From an uncultured virus (IMG/VR IMGVR_UViG_3300034200_001950) (Duplodnaviria > Heunggongvirae > Uroviricota > Caudoviricetes), in the IMG/VR virus record IMGVR_UViG_3300034200_001950: a stretch of DNA of 64,000 nucleotides; one strand, given 5' to 3'. The notes beneath the pieces are model-generated. The model had not been told where the DNA came from. It saw only the letters and a list, made by a program, of their open reading frames with translations, and made no database searches. Positions 49,914 through 60,733 of this stretch are shown one piece after another; the stretch's first letter is position 1; each line of letters opens with the position of its first letter. Both the position numbers and the translations under genes were made by a program.

Positions 49914-52058
49914 TTATCCAAAATGGGAAGCCATCATTCCGGCTTCAGAACCTAAAGCACTCCTTGCGTTTAGTCTAGAGTTTTGTATTGCAGCAACGCC
50001 TCTTGCTCTTGAAGTCGCAGCAACCTCGTTATCAACATAACCCATGCCAAAAGCAGGCTTATTAATGCTTCCCTGCATAGATTTCATGGCATCCCTTGCA
50101 AATCTGGCTCCTCCGCCTATAACTGCGGTTGCAGCCATCTTACTTATATCATACACTGCTGCTGCAGTTAATATTGGGTTAGCAAAGTTTAATGCAGCTA
50201 CGCCGACTCTAGCACCTACTAGTTTAGCACCTTCTTTACCTCCGTACCTAGCTATCTGTGCAGCTCCTCTTACCCCATAGGTTTTGAGAAGACCTTGCTC
50301 TAGCATTTCTTGACCAGCCATCAAGCCAGCTTTTTTGCCTATTACAGCTTCAGTTACGTCAGCTGTAAGAAACTTTTTAGCTCCAGTTCCTGTCGCCATA
50401 TTTGTGTTTACTGCTACTGAACTAGCTGCCGTGGCAGACCCTGGGGCCCCAGGTATAACACTAAGTATATCATCAGCTATAGTCTTAAAGGCCTGAGTAG
50501 GACCACCAGCTTTAAGTGCTGCTTTTTTGTTTGCATTAAAAGAATCTAATGTTAATGTTTTCCCTGCGTTTTTTCCTGCTGCGCCAACTTGACTTTGCAT
50601 TTCGAGAAGCTCTTGTGCTGTTGTATGTATTGCTGTTCTACTAGATCTAATATCAGCTATTTTTGCAGCCTTGCTTCCACCTGATCTACGGACCTCTACT
50701 CCAGCTGCATCCATTCTACTCATTAATGTAGCAGCGTCGTTTACTGCTGACCTTGCTCCAGCTAAAGCTTGTCCAGATAAGTTGCCTGCTTCGGCAAAAC
50801 CTTGAGCTCCACGAGCATAACCCAACATTCTTTTTGTTAGCTCTCCTCTTGCAGATGATGCTAGAGCGTTTCCAGTAGAACCTACACCATCTTTGAAAAA
50901 TTTAGAGCCTACGTCTTGGCTTATAAACCTAGACGATCCATCATCCAAAACCGCACTGTAGCCACCACCACTACCTCTTATTATCTTTGCGTTTGATGAA
51001 GCGGTTACCCCAGGAGGTGCTGGTGGACCCACTCCTCCTGGAGGAGCAGCTGGCGTTCCCATCCTATTTCTAAAGTATGGTTGTTGTGTTTTAAACCTAT
51101 TTTCAAATCTTCCAGTTGTTGGATTTCTAAATCGCGTTGTTCCAGTTGCTGGGTTAATCTTTTTAGTCGGACTTGCTTGTTGGAATGGAGTAGACCTTCC
51201 GCTAACTTGAGCAATCTGCAAATCTTTGACAGTTGTTGTAGCCATATTAAATGGGTCAAAGCCAGGAGTAGTTGACCTTGCTATGTCTGATATAGATTGC
51301 CTAGCTTTACCTAGCCTTTTTGTAAGCCTTGTAGTATCTTTGCCTGAAGCTGTTCTTTTTGCTATTTTTCTTTCAATGGCGTCAGTTTGGGTAGCAGCCC
51401 TAAGCATACCAAATGCTCCGCCACCCATCATTCTAGTGTCGTCACCAACTGTACCACCAACTAGTTTTTTATATTTTTCTCCACTAAATAATTTTTCACC
51501 AATATCATTTAAACCAGTAAAAGGACTATAAGCGTTTTTTGCACCAGTTAATGCCGTTACAGAATGGAACCTATTTAAAGCCCTTGGGTCTAAGTGGTTC
51601 TTTATAAAAGGTCTCATTCTTGGTGCAGACGCATTTAATTTACCAGTGGTATCCGCCAAAGCATCTGTCATCTTTGCCATTTTGGCGTTTCTACGTCCTA
51701 TTGTGCCAACGTATGAACCTCTACCAAATCTTGCTCCACGACCGTCTATGTGCGAAGCCTGTAGTCCAGTTGCGCGTCTTGAGGAACCAGAACCAACCAT
51801 TCTATTAAGAGAGTCATTTCTTTTAAAGAGCCTACTATCTCTATTGGTATCTAGGAAGCCACCTTTCATTATGGTGTTAGCGCCTCTTCTAGAGTTAAAG
51901 GCAAACATAGACATAAGCCCTGGTTGGCTGCTTTGAACGTCGTTAAATAAACTACTTTGTGATCTTGTAGTCATGCCAGTTACCTGGCCAGGGATACCAG
52001 AAGAACTATAATCTCCAGGATACGGTAAGTTTTGTCCGGTCATTGGGTCAATAGGCAT
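49914..52058 (-). CDS. Basic Gly/Ala/Arg-rich protein, probable internal virion/ejection protein
   Basis: 714 aa; composition; C-terminal ATSRARGVAAIQNSRLNARSALGSEA. Confidence 0.55.
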   Translation of the reverse strand: MPIDPMTGQNLPYPGDYSSSGIPGQVTGMTTRSQSSLFNDVQSSQPGLMSMFAFNSRRGANTIMKGGFLDTNRDSRLFKRNDSLNRMVGSGSSRRATGLQASHIDGRGARFGRGSYVGTIGRRNAKMAKMTDALADTTGKLNASAPRMRPFIKNHLDPRALNRFHSVTALTGAKNAYSPFTGLNDIGEKLFSGEKYKKLVGGTVGDDTRMMGGGAFGMLRAATQTDAIERKIAKRTASGKDTTRLTKRLGKARQSISDIARSTTPGFDPFNMATTTVKDLQIAQVSGRSTPFQQASPTKKINPATGTTRFRNPTTGRFENRFKTQQPYFRNRMGTPAAPPGGVGPPAPPGVTASSNAKIIRGSGGGYSAVLDDGSSRFISQDVGSKFFKDGVGSTGNALASSARGELTKRMLGYARGAQGFAEAGNLSGQALAGARSAVNDAATLMSRMDAAGVEVRRSGGSKAAKIADIRSSRTAIHTTAQELLEMQSQVGAAGKNAGKTLTLDSFNANKKAALKAGGPTQAFKTIADDILSVIPGAPGSATAASSVAVNTNMATGTGAKKFLTADVTEAVIGKKAGLMAGQEMLEQGLLKTYGVRGAAQIARYGGKEGAKLVGARVGVAALNFANPILTAAAVYDISKMAATAVIGGGARFARDAMKSMQGSINKPAFGMGYVDNEVAATSRARGVAAIQNSRLNARSALGSEAGMMASHFG

Positions 52059-52717
52059 TAGTAACCTCTTCTGGAGTTTTGCATTCCGAGAACAATGCTT
52101 CCGCTAGCTCCAAGTCTTTCTTCTTGGTTTTTACTAGATCTTCTATTTGCGTATGGACTTGTAGACATCTTTGAAACTAGCTTTTTTGCTGCGTAAGCAG
52201 AGCCGAGCATTGCTGCTCCACCAATCCCTGCTACTGTTCCAGATCCTAACATACCTCTTTTAAACAGTTTTTTTGCAGCCAGATTCTCACCCTTGCCTAT
52301 TAATTCGCTTGCCCCATATGCTAATGCTGATCCAGCAAGACCTACTGTTCCCACCCCAGCTAACATTCCTCCGCCAACTGCTACTGGCCCTGCTGCTGCT
52401 GCGCCTGCTGCTTGACCTACTGGGCCAAGAGCTTTTCCTGCTGCCCCTATTGGTCCGCCAACTATTTGAGATGAAATATATCCAGGACCTATGTCTCCAC
52501 CAGTAAATGCTCTGTCTGCCTCTGGATTATCAAAAGCAACATCGAAAGCCCCATCAACTAAACTTTTTGACCCACTAATAACACCAGCAACTGCTGCTCC
52601 ACCAAGAAGCATCCCCATGCCAGCTTTTCTAACGCCAGTGTTTTTTGCGGTAGAAGATGCTGCTCTACCAGAAAGTTTACCTGCTCCTCTAATGGCTCTG
52701 CCTATGTTTAACGCCAT
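52058..52717 (-). CDS. Gly/Ala-rich hydrophobic protein, probable ejection protein
   Basis: 219 aa with glycine-zipper-like hydrophobic segments. Confidence 0.55.
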   Translation of the reverse strand: MALNIGRAIRGAGKLSGRAASSTAKNTGVRKAGMGMLLGGAAVAGVISGSKSLVDGAFDVAFDNPEADRAFTGGDIGPGYISSQIVGGPIGAAGKALGPVGQAAGAAAAGPVAVGGGMLAGVGTVGLAGSALAYGASELIGKGENLAAKKLFKRGMLGSGTVAGIGGAAMLGSAYAAKKLVSKMSTSPYANRRSSKNQEERLGASGSIVLGMQNSRRGY

Positions 52718-52728
52718 TTTATTTTCCT

Positions 52729-55700
52729 TTAATTATATAAGTAATCATATTTATTTGGTCCCATTCTTGTGTGACCTATTTTTGATCTATCTAAATTTCC
52801 AACAACTCCAGCTGTAGCTAATGGGTCATTTATTTGGCTATAAGCCTGAACTGGGACTGGATCATAAATATCTGTTCTTGGTGCTCTTCCAGGCATAGTC
52901 TCTTGCTGATCCATAACTTCGTCGTATGGGTTTGTTTCATTTTTTGACTTGTTATACATATAGTAACCAGCTCCAACAATAGCTGCAGCTGCTAAACCAA
53001 TTCCTACTGGTTTTTTATAGTTTGCGTACATTTGCCTAACGTTTCTAGATCTGTCAGCGTAGTTTATTCCTACCTTTAAAGAACTAAGTTCGCTAGTTAT
53101 TCCTGACCTTAAAGTTTTTGATTCGTCTATAGTGTCAGATAATTGATTTGCTATACCTATGGCTTGTTTGTCTTGAGCAGATGATCTAGCTGCCATTTCA
53201 GCTGGGGTTAACTCCATAGCTAATCCTGTATTTTCTGCATTTTCAAATGGGGACAAGACTACTGCTGTTTCATCCATGTCTATAAGTCTAGAAGTTCTTC
53301 CAGCGGTTAACATATCATTTCCGCTTCCGCTCTGCAACTGCCCCTAATGTATTTTCTGCACTTGCCGCCACGTCATTAGTTATTCTAGCAACGCCTAAAC
53401 CACCAGTCTCTATTTTTTCTTTAACAGCAGTTAGTGCTGCTTCTCTATCTCCTGAATTTATAAAAGCTTGCAAATCTCTTAATTGTTTTGTCCCATCAGA
53501 AACACCTTCTGCTGCATAATCTGATGAAATTCCCGTTCCTATACCACCTAAGTCTGAAGCACTAGCCACTGACTCAGCGGCTTCCAGTAATGATGATGCT
53601 AACACGTCTGATTGCTTTTGAGTATAAGCTCCTTGCCCACCAAGAAATGCATTTATTGTATCTTGACCAGTTACTTTTGATAATCTTACTTTATTCATTT
53701 CTGCAGCAGTGCTGACTACGTGTTCTGGTAATACCGTGTCGCCTACGCTTAAGCCTGTTGATTGTAAAATTTGTGTACCGGGTGTACCTATCAATGCATC
53801 TGAAAGTTTCATTCTTTCAACTAATCCACCCGCTCCAGCAACATTAACTTCCATTCTTTCAAAAACATCTCTACCAACCAATATTTTTGAACTTATAGAA
53901 GAACCACTCATTATTTTTGTTATATCTTGAGGGTTAAATACTTGTAGACCCAAATCAGATAATACGTCTGCGTTCTTAATAAATCTCATTGAGTTTTTTG
54001 TAACTGCTACCCCAGAACCTGGAGTAGCAAAAGCTGAATAGGCAGATCTACCTACAGCTGCTGTTGTTTTAGCTAATTCTACGCTTAATGCCCTACTTGT
54101 TATATCTGCTCCAGCGTAGGGGTTATTTATTCCGCTAGCTAATCTAGCTGCTCCTTCAATTCGTCCAGTCTCTAACCCTCTTCTTATCGCACCACCAAAA
54201 TTAATATCTTCACTAGAAGAACCAAATGCTTTTCCTCTCATTTCTTCTGCGAGCGTTCCACTTGGTGCGGTTAGTCTTGAGGTTGCAGTTAACGACTGAA
54301 TTAGTGAATCTTCATCCATACCAGCTATGCCAGCTTTGTATGAATCAAAGTCTGAAACTGGCATATTCAAACGCTGTCCAAACCCATAGCGTGCCGATAA
54401 CGGCATTCTATCTATTTCGCCCTGCTCACCAAAATTAATTCCGGTAGATATTATTTTTTGAGCAGCTGGATTATAAGTTGCCGATATTCCAGGTATACCG
54501 TAGGATTCAGTAACATCCAAGCTTCTATCTTGAGCGTCTGCAAAAATCCTGTCAATATGGCTAGTTGCGGCACTGTCTTGTATTGGTATTGATTGAGTAA
54601 AATTTTCAGGATATAGGTTTACATCTGTTGGCAAACCAGGTGGAGGCGCAGGACCAATAATTCTTGGATCTAAAGAAGAAAATCTATAACCAGCATTAGA
54701 GTCTCTAGTACCTTTTGAGTAAGATACAACACCCTCCATTGCCCTAACTTCTGCTTCAGATATTCCTAGTGCAGCTGCCTTATCTGCTATCTCTATATCG
54801 GATAATACATCACCCAGTGATGCTTCTACCTTAAAGCCTCTTCTACCTAAGTCTGTTGATAATAATCTTTTTGATGCTTGAGAAAGCTTTTCAACATCAG
54901 CTATATTTGTAGTCATAGTTGGAGCTGCAGAACGAGCAGACACTCTTCTTGCCTGTTGTACGAATTTTCTTGCGCCTACGGGAAGATGGCTTAAATCCCC
55001 AGGAGAATAATCTAAATCTCCAGTTGCTACGTATTGCGCGTAGAATCCAGCTAGTAATGTGTCTGTTTCTGCAATGTGGGAACCTCTTCCCATTAATTGC
55101 ATAATTTTTTTTGCTGCGTTTGATCCAGGTGCAGATGAATTACTTGCTTCTGCGTGTATTAATTCAAAAAGATTTGTTGTTAATCCTAAGTTTTCCATTG
55201 TATTAGGAGTAAAACTTCCACCTAAATCAATTTCCTGGAATAACTTAGCAGATCCGACTGTCCTTGCATATAATGCGCTACGAACCTGTTGTTCATCTGT
55301 TATGTCAACTCCATAGCCAGCTATTTGAGATAGCCTAACTGCTTCCGGGCTACCCGGCGTTGCTGCAGCAGCCATGAAGCTAGTGGCGTATTGATCAAAT
55401 TTTTGACTCATATAAAGTCTGCCTGAAAAATCTACATCAGTTATAAAACTTGGATCAGAACTTATTCTTTCGGAGAATTTTAAAACTGTTTCCCTAAAAG
55501 CTTTATCTGTTTCATATCCTGGAGTATTTTGAGCTGTTTGTATAAGCTGTCTTAAGTCGAACGATGCGTTTTTAATTGCTAATGTGTCATAAGATAAATA
55601 GTGTTCCATTTCAGCACCGAGTGCAGCCCTTGCTGCTGCTGGGTTTCTAGCGACATCTATTGATAGTCCACCCTCAAGTTCGTTAACTCCTTCGGCTAAG

Positions 55701-56522
55701 TTCCTTAGCCCAGCTGGAGTTTGTATCACTCCACCTTCCATCCCTGGTTGTCTAAAAAATAATTTCCTAATACTACTTGGCCCACCTATTGCTACGTCTC
55801 CAGTATCACTCATTGTTGCTTCTGTTGTTGCAAGAGATCTTATCCTAGAGTTATCTCCAAGGCCAGTTGTTTCTGAGTCAAGAATTAACATTCTTTTTGT
55901 TAGTCCTGCTCCAGGCCTTTGTCCAAATGGACTTAATTGTCCGACCAGGTAAAATTTGATTAGCATTAGATGCCATTTCGGTCATAGACAAAGGGTTCAT
56001 AGCATAAGCGAAAGATTCTATTAAAGATTTATTTGGATCAATATTAAAATACATACTTGAAAGAGTTGCCAGAGCAGGATGACTTTGAGGGTCTCTTACG
56101 TCATATTGCGTTAACGCTCTATATGCGTTTCCACTTGGTAGATCTCTGCCGGGCATTCCAAACCTTTGGACTAACGTAGGAAGATTATAAACTTCCTCTG
56201 CGGCAAATCGCTGTATTCTTTGTTTGGCATCTAGTGTCAGTAAACCTAGATCCATTCTTCCAGTTGCCTTAGCTAACTCCAAAGCTTTTGAAGAAGCAGA
56301 TTTACTCAACATGTCTGGATTCTCTAAAAAGGTAGAATACATTGTCTGCAGTGTTTGGTATCTTTCCATGAACTTATCTGGTGTTCCAAATATTTGTTCA
56401 ATTTGCGCAGCAGTTCCTGAGACTACTCTTGACGACGTAGATGAACCTCTTAACGTAGAACCACTACGACCTAAAAATTCAGTTACTAAGCTGTCTTTTT
56501 TAACCGGATTAAGTCTTGGCAT
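52729..56522 (-). CDS. Large probable internal virion protein with DEDDh exonuclease-like domain, 1263 aa after two +1 shifts at CGG (55941..55943, 53327..53329)
   Basis: ILPG/GQLSPF and AVAE/GSGND joins; ILDSETTG, NASFD, H.AETD motifs; C-terminal hydrophobic helix. Confidence 0.7.
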
Positions 56523-57246
56523 CTTGGTCGTCTTTTTCGCTTGGTTGTTGTGCCTCTATGTAGTCGTCTACCTCAAGAGTTCCTAGCTTCTTCTTTATTA
56601 ACTTTTCACGTTCTAATTCCATAGACTGAACTTTGTCTATTATTTCTGATATTGCCTGTGCTGTATCGAGTTGTGTTTGGCCGGCTTTAGCTCTTGCTTC
56701 TCTAGTCGCCAAAAGCTGATTCCTAAGATCTTTTCTTCTCTTATGCAATCTATCTTCTAACTCTACTGCTAAGTGCAATTCTTTCTTTAAAATTGGCTCT
56801 CCACTATTTGGGTCTATACCAATTATATTTTCTTGTATAAAATGCTCTTTTGCTAGTAGTTTAGTTTTTCTTACGTATTGTATTTCTTGGTCAACTAAAT
56901 CCCTAACCATTGATACCTCTACTAAATTCTCTGGGCTGACTTCTAGTTGATCCATGTATTCATAAGTAAATTGAGAAACCATAGACATCTCTATTGGACA
57001 TGGGTCACCCTTTGGAGCAAGATCTTCTTTATGTAGCGGGCATGTAGAAGCAAATATACATTTTACTGCTTCACACCTCATGGGTATAGATGCAAACATA
57101 GAAGTTCTGGTTTTTTGCGGTCTAATTAAATCGGAAGCTTTACTTCTTTGTTCTTCTGTCCATTCTTCCGGGAAGAACAAATCAGGCCTCAACGATTCAA
57201 ATGTTTTTAAAAAACTATTTTTATTATACTTTTCAATATCAGACAT
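56509..57246 (-). CDS. Cys-cluster coiled-coil protein (possible terminase small subunit)
   Basis: C..C....CP...CPIE then helical region; synteny only. Confidence 0.45.
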   Translation of the reverse strand: MSDIEKYNKNSFLKTFESLRPDLFFPEEWTEEQRSKASDLIRPQKTRTSMFASIPMRCEAVKCIFASTCPLHKEDLAPKGDPCPIEMSMVSQFTYEYMDQLEVSPENLVEVSMVRDLVDQEIQYVRKTKLLAKEHFIQENIIGIDPNSGEPILKKELHLAVELEDRLHKRRKDLRNQLLATREARAKAGQTQLDTAQAISEIIDKVQSMELEREKLIKKKLGTLEVDDYIEAQQPSEKDDQDAKT

Positions 57247-57409
57247 TAAAGTCAATCCAATCAATAGATCTTAAATTACCATTCTCATATTTCTCTACAT
57301 GAGCACTTTTACAATAGCAGCAATAGTAATCTATGCTGCTAGTGCTTTTTCTCTTTGCTGTATCATCTAATACTAAAATCATAGAATGATTACATCTGCC
57401 GCACAACAA
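57239..57409 (-). CDS. Small zinc-ribbon protein
   Basis: Manual translation (TTG start) LCGRCNHSM...YYCCYCKS; fills the gap exactly. Confidence 0.55.
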   Translation of the reverse strand: MLCGRCNHSMILVLDDTAKRKSTSSIDYYCCYCKSAHVEKYENGNLRSIDWIDFNV

Positions 57410-57411
57410 AA

Positions 57412-57825
57412 TTATCTTAAATCGTTTAAGACTTCTTGAAGACCTTTTTCTAATCTTGCGATAAGATCATCACTTTGATTTGCATTAGTAAAAACGCCAA
57501 TTTCTCTCATCTGATCTGCTGATAAATGAGAACTAGTTATATATCTAGCACCTTTGCATACTTCGCAGTAAGATTCTCTTTCGTCTGAAAAGCATGTGCA
57601 CTTTTGTATAATATCAAAATGCTCAAGTGACTGAGCAACATCAAACCATTTTTGTTTAAACATCTTCTTAGTTTGTTCTTTATATGCCCTGAGCTTTTGA
57701 TTATCAGAAGACAGCATGGTGCCCATATCTAGAGACTGTTTCATTAAATTATTTATTGTCTTATACAAAAAGCTAGCTAATTCAAAGTCACCATTTTTAT
57801 TTAGATGCATTTTCCAATCACTCAT
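57412..57825 (-). CDS. Hypothetical protein with CxC...CxxCxG motif
   Basis: KCTCF...YCEVCKGA. Confidence 0.65.
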   Translation of the reverse strand: MSDWKMHLNKNGDFELASFLYKTINNLMKQSLDMGTMLSSDNQKLRAYKEQTKKMFKQKWFDVAQSLEHFDIIQKCTCFSDERESYCEVCKGARYITSSHLSADQMREIGVFTNANQSDDLIARLEKGLQEVLNDLR

Positions 57826-57837
57826 AACCAAACATCC

Positions 57838-58491
57838 TTACGCGTTTCTACCCAATCCTTTGGGTGTACCTATTCTACCAGATGGCTGAGGGTTTGGTTT
57901 ACGCCTAGAGTAGCCTCTTCTATCTATAGAAGCATTAGCCATACCAAGACCTGCTGCGCCAGCTCCATAGCCAAATATTCTTCTGTTTCTGTTTCTTATA
58001 GTTTGTGCTGCCATTGGATTAGACATAAACTGTCCGCCTGTACCAACATTACCCATCCCTCTTGTTCCGCCAGGAAAATATCCTTGAACTCTATAGTCGA
58101 TAGACTTATTATTTGATGGATCTATATTAATTTTAGTTCGTGAACTAATTGGTCCACGGTCTGAACCTATTACCAAACCACGAGGATTACCTGCTGATGG
58201 CCTTCCTCCACTAGCGACTCTTTTCGAAACCGTTTCAGCGCCCTGTGGCAAGTCACCTAGCCTAGCAAGGCCGCGGCCTCTATAGTCCATAACAGCTCTT
58301 GCGGTTGTTATAGCTCTTCTACCAAGACTGTTTTCTGGACCGCTTTGAAGAAAACTATGTATCCTTTTACCTATAGGACCAAGTTCTCTTGTTGCATGAG
58401 AGAATGTTTTTCCTGCTTTAGACTTAGCTACAACGCCTGAACCGCCATATAAAGTACTAGCAGTGTTAACTACTGACCTGGGGATTGCCAT
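57838..58491 (-). CDS. Basic Gly/Arg-rich protein
   Basis: 217 aa; GGAGG RBS. Confidence 0.7.
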   Translation of the reverse strand: MAIPRSVVNTASTLYGGSGVVAKSKAGKTFSHATRELGPIGKRIHSFLQSGPENSLGRRAITTARAVMDYRGRGLARLGDLPQGAETVSKRVASGGRPSAGNPRGLVIGSDRGPISSRTKINIDPSNNKSIDYRVQGYFPGGTRGMGNVGTGGQFMSNPMAAQTIRNRNRRIFGYGAGAAGLGMANASIDRRGYSRRKPNPQPSGRIGTPKGLGRNA

Positions 58492-58507
58492 TAGATTAAA
58501 CCTCCGT

Positions 58508-58832
58508 TTAATATTGGTACATTCCGCCGGATTTGCCCTTATTAAGGCCGGAAGTTGTTCTTCCTCTTATACCGCCAATAGCTGCACCCATAGCAACTGC
58601 ACCAGAAATTCTTTTTCCACCTCTGGCTAATATAGCCTTATCGAATACATGCTTTGAATCGCCTATATATCCGCTTAGTCTTAGATAAACCAGCAGTACC
58701 GCCAAGTGCACCTATAGCGAACCTTGTCCCTCTATCGGCCATATTGCCCTTAAATTTACCAAACTCTGCGCCTCTTGCCATGGCGCGTGCAGTTGAGATT
58801 GGTCTTGTTATTGCATTAATAGCTCTTGCCAT
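58508..58832 (-). CDS. Basic Gly/Ala-rich protein, 107 aa after +1 shift at CGG (58671..58673)
   Basis: Two overlapping short ORFs join LSKTK/GYIGDSK. Confidence 0.65.
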
Positions 58833-58869
58833 AAACACCTCTTTTGTAAGTTATGTTATTATAGTAACT

Positions 58870-60306
58870 CTATTGTTCTACTATCTTATTATTCAAACTC
58901 TTTTTTTGTGGTTTTGTTGTCTTTAAAGTAAACTTATCGTTACTGAAACCAATTTCAAACAATGAACCTCTTGGTATGTTTGAACCAATCAAGATATCGG
59001 CTAATGGAGTTTCTATCAAATCTCTTCTTGCTTTAGATAATCCTCTTGCACCTTGAACTGAATCTATACCATTTTCGACTAAAGCCTCTATTGCTTCATC
59101 TGTGTAACTTACAGTAAAACCTTTTTTAGTTAATTTTTCTGCAACTGCAAACATTTCTAGTTCGGCTATTTTCTCGTAGTTAGATTTGTTTAAATGATTA
59201 AAAACAATAATCTTATCTAGTCTATTAATAAACTCTGGTCTAAAATGTTTTTTAACAGATTCTGCTGTTATTCTTTCCACCATTTCTCTTGGTGGCATCT
59301 CTCTTGTAAATAACTTGGCACGTGTGTCTTTAGTAAAACCAGTTCCCCCCATTGTGAGGTGATCTACTATTTTTTCATTACCTAAGTTGGTAGTTAATAT
59401 AATTATAGTATTGCGAAAGCTAACTTGCTCACCTTTTCCATCTGTAAGTACTCCGTCTTCAAAGACTCTTAAAAAAGTATTCCACATATCCGAATGAGCT
59501 TTTTCCACTTCATCTAACAGCACAACTGTATTTGGATTCTTTTTAACTAGGTTAACTAGTTGCCCACCTTCGTCGTGTCCAACGTAACCTGGAGGTGATC
59601 CTATTAGTTTTTGGTTTTCGTGCTTTTGTTGATACTCTCCACAGTCTATTCTCACCATTTGCGCGTCTTCGCCAAATAGATATTTGTTTAGACTTGAGGC
59701 TAAGTGCGTCTTTCCTACGCCGGATGCTCCGGCAAACAAGAAAATACCCAATGGTCTGTTGTCGTCCGATAAACCAGCTTGCGATCTTTTTAGTGCATTA
59801 AAGACTTCTAATACAGCTTCGTTTTGACCAATTATATTAGATTCTAGGTGGTCTTTTAAGTCTAGGAATTTTTGTTTAGATATCTTCTTTGGCTTACCCT
59901 TTTGAGGTGCAGGCTTAGGCTTAGTAGAGCCTCTAAGCATATCTTTTACTTTATCGAAGTCAAAGTTTTCTTCGTCCAAATCTAACTTGTTGTCAGCAAA
60001 TGGGTTCATCCAATCGGGATTAGCTAAAGAAACCCAGCTATCAATATCTAGACCTGGGTTAAGCATAATGCATCCATTATAGAGAGATGCTATACATTTT
60101 TCTGCAGAATCTCTAGGCATTAGTCTTAATGCTTCAGTTACTTCAGTCTTCATATTATAAACCGTATTTTCCAATATCAGTTTTTTAACATTAGGAAGAT
60201 TCGTAGTATCGATTGATTCTAAAAATTCTTTAACTTCATCTGGATCCAGAAGCTTGTACTTAACGTACACGGATAAGTCTGGCATATATATCTGATAGAT
60301 CTTCAT
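58870..60306 (-). CDS. ClpA/B-type AAA+ ATPase (single NBD2-like domain)
   Basis: IIGQNEA, GASGVGKT, LIGSPPGYVG, LLDEVEKAH, FRPEFINRLD, GAR. Confidence 0.9.
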   Translation of the reverse strand: MKIYQIYMPDLSVYVKYKLLDPDEVKEFLESIDTTNLPNVKKLILENTVYNMKTEVTEALRLMPRDSAEKCIASLYNGCIMLNPGLDIDSWVSLANPDWMNPFADNKLDLDEENFDFDKVKDMLRGSTKPKPAPQKGKPKKISKQKFLDLKDHLESNIIGQNEAVLEVFNALKRSQAGLSDDNRPLGIFLFAGASGVGKTHLASSLNKYLFGEDAQMVRIDCGEYQQKHENQKLIGSPPGYVGHDEGGQLVNLVKKNPNTVVLLDEVEKAHSDMWNTFLRVFEDGVLTDGKGEQVSFRNTIIILTTNLGNEKIVDHLTMGGTGFTKDTRAKLFTREMPPREMVERITAESVKKHFRPEFINRLDKIIVFNHLNKSNYEKIAELEMFAVAEKLTKKGFTVSYTDEAIEALVENGIDSVQGARGLSKARRDLIETPLADILIGSNIPRGSLFEIGFSNDKFTLKTTKPQKKSLNNKIVEQ

Positions 60307-60422
60307 GAGATCAGACCCCTATCTTTAGCCACATTCAAAACCGTAAGTAATGATATGATAATATAGTAACTACCGTAAGTCTTTAAACTCACTAAGAGGC
60401 TTCTATAGGGCTGGGGAAAAAA

Positions 60423-60452
60423 AGTATACCCAAACATTTGCACTCTTGTCAA
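60423..60452 (-). promoter_or_regulatory. Sigma70-type promoter upstream of Clp ATPase
   Basis: TTGACA-18 nt-TATACT on the minus strand. Confidence 0.6.
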
Positions 60453-60453
60453 G

Positions 60454-60618
60454 TCATTGCCAATCTTTTTTTATTATTTTTTCTATTTCGGGCTGATCTT
60501 CTAAACAAGGGCCACTTAATGACCAAAAACGCACTAGATCCATAGGTGTATTAATTGACTTCTCTAACATTCTGACTGCTCTTAAGTAATCGTAATTTAA
60601 ATTATGAATAGATTTCAT
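60454..60618 (-). CDS. Hypothetical protein
   Basis: Manual translation MKSIHNLNYDYLRAVRMLEK..., 54 aa, AGGAG RBS. Confidence 0.6.
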   Translation of the reverse strand: MKSIHNLNYDYLRAVRMLEKSINTPMDLVRFWSLSGPCLEDQPEIEKIIKKDWQ

Positions 60619-60733
60619 GCTGTCTCCTAGCTATGTTGTTGATACAGTATACCAAAAGTAAATATTTAAAGACCGCACAAAACAACTTTTTATAATGCCA
60701 AATTGTATATACCGGCATGGTATACTAGGTGCT

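Noticed and set aside
60695..60733. RecA N-terminal extension containing an in-frame CGG-C
   Set aside because: Overlaps a TGGTATACT promoter-like element, and the likely start is ATG 60734, so it was not counted as a counter-example
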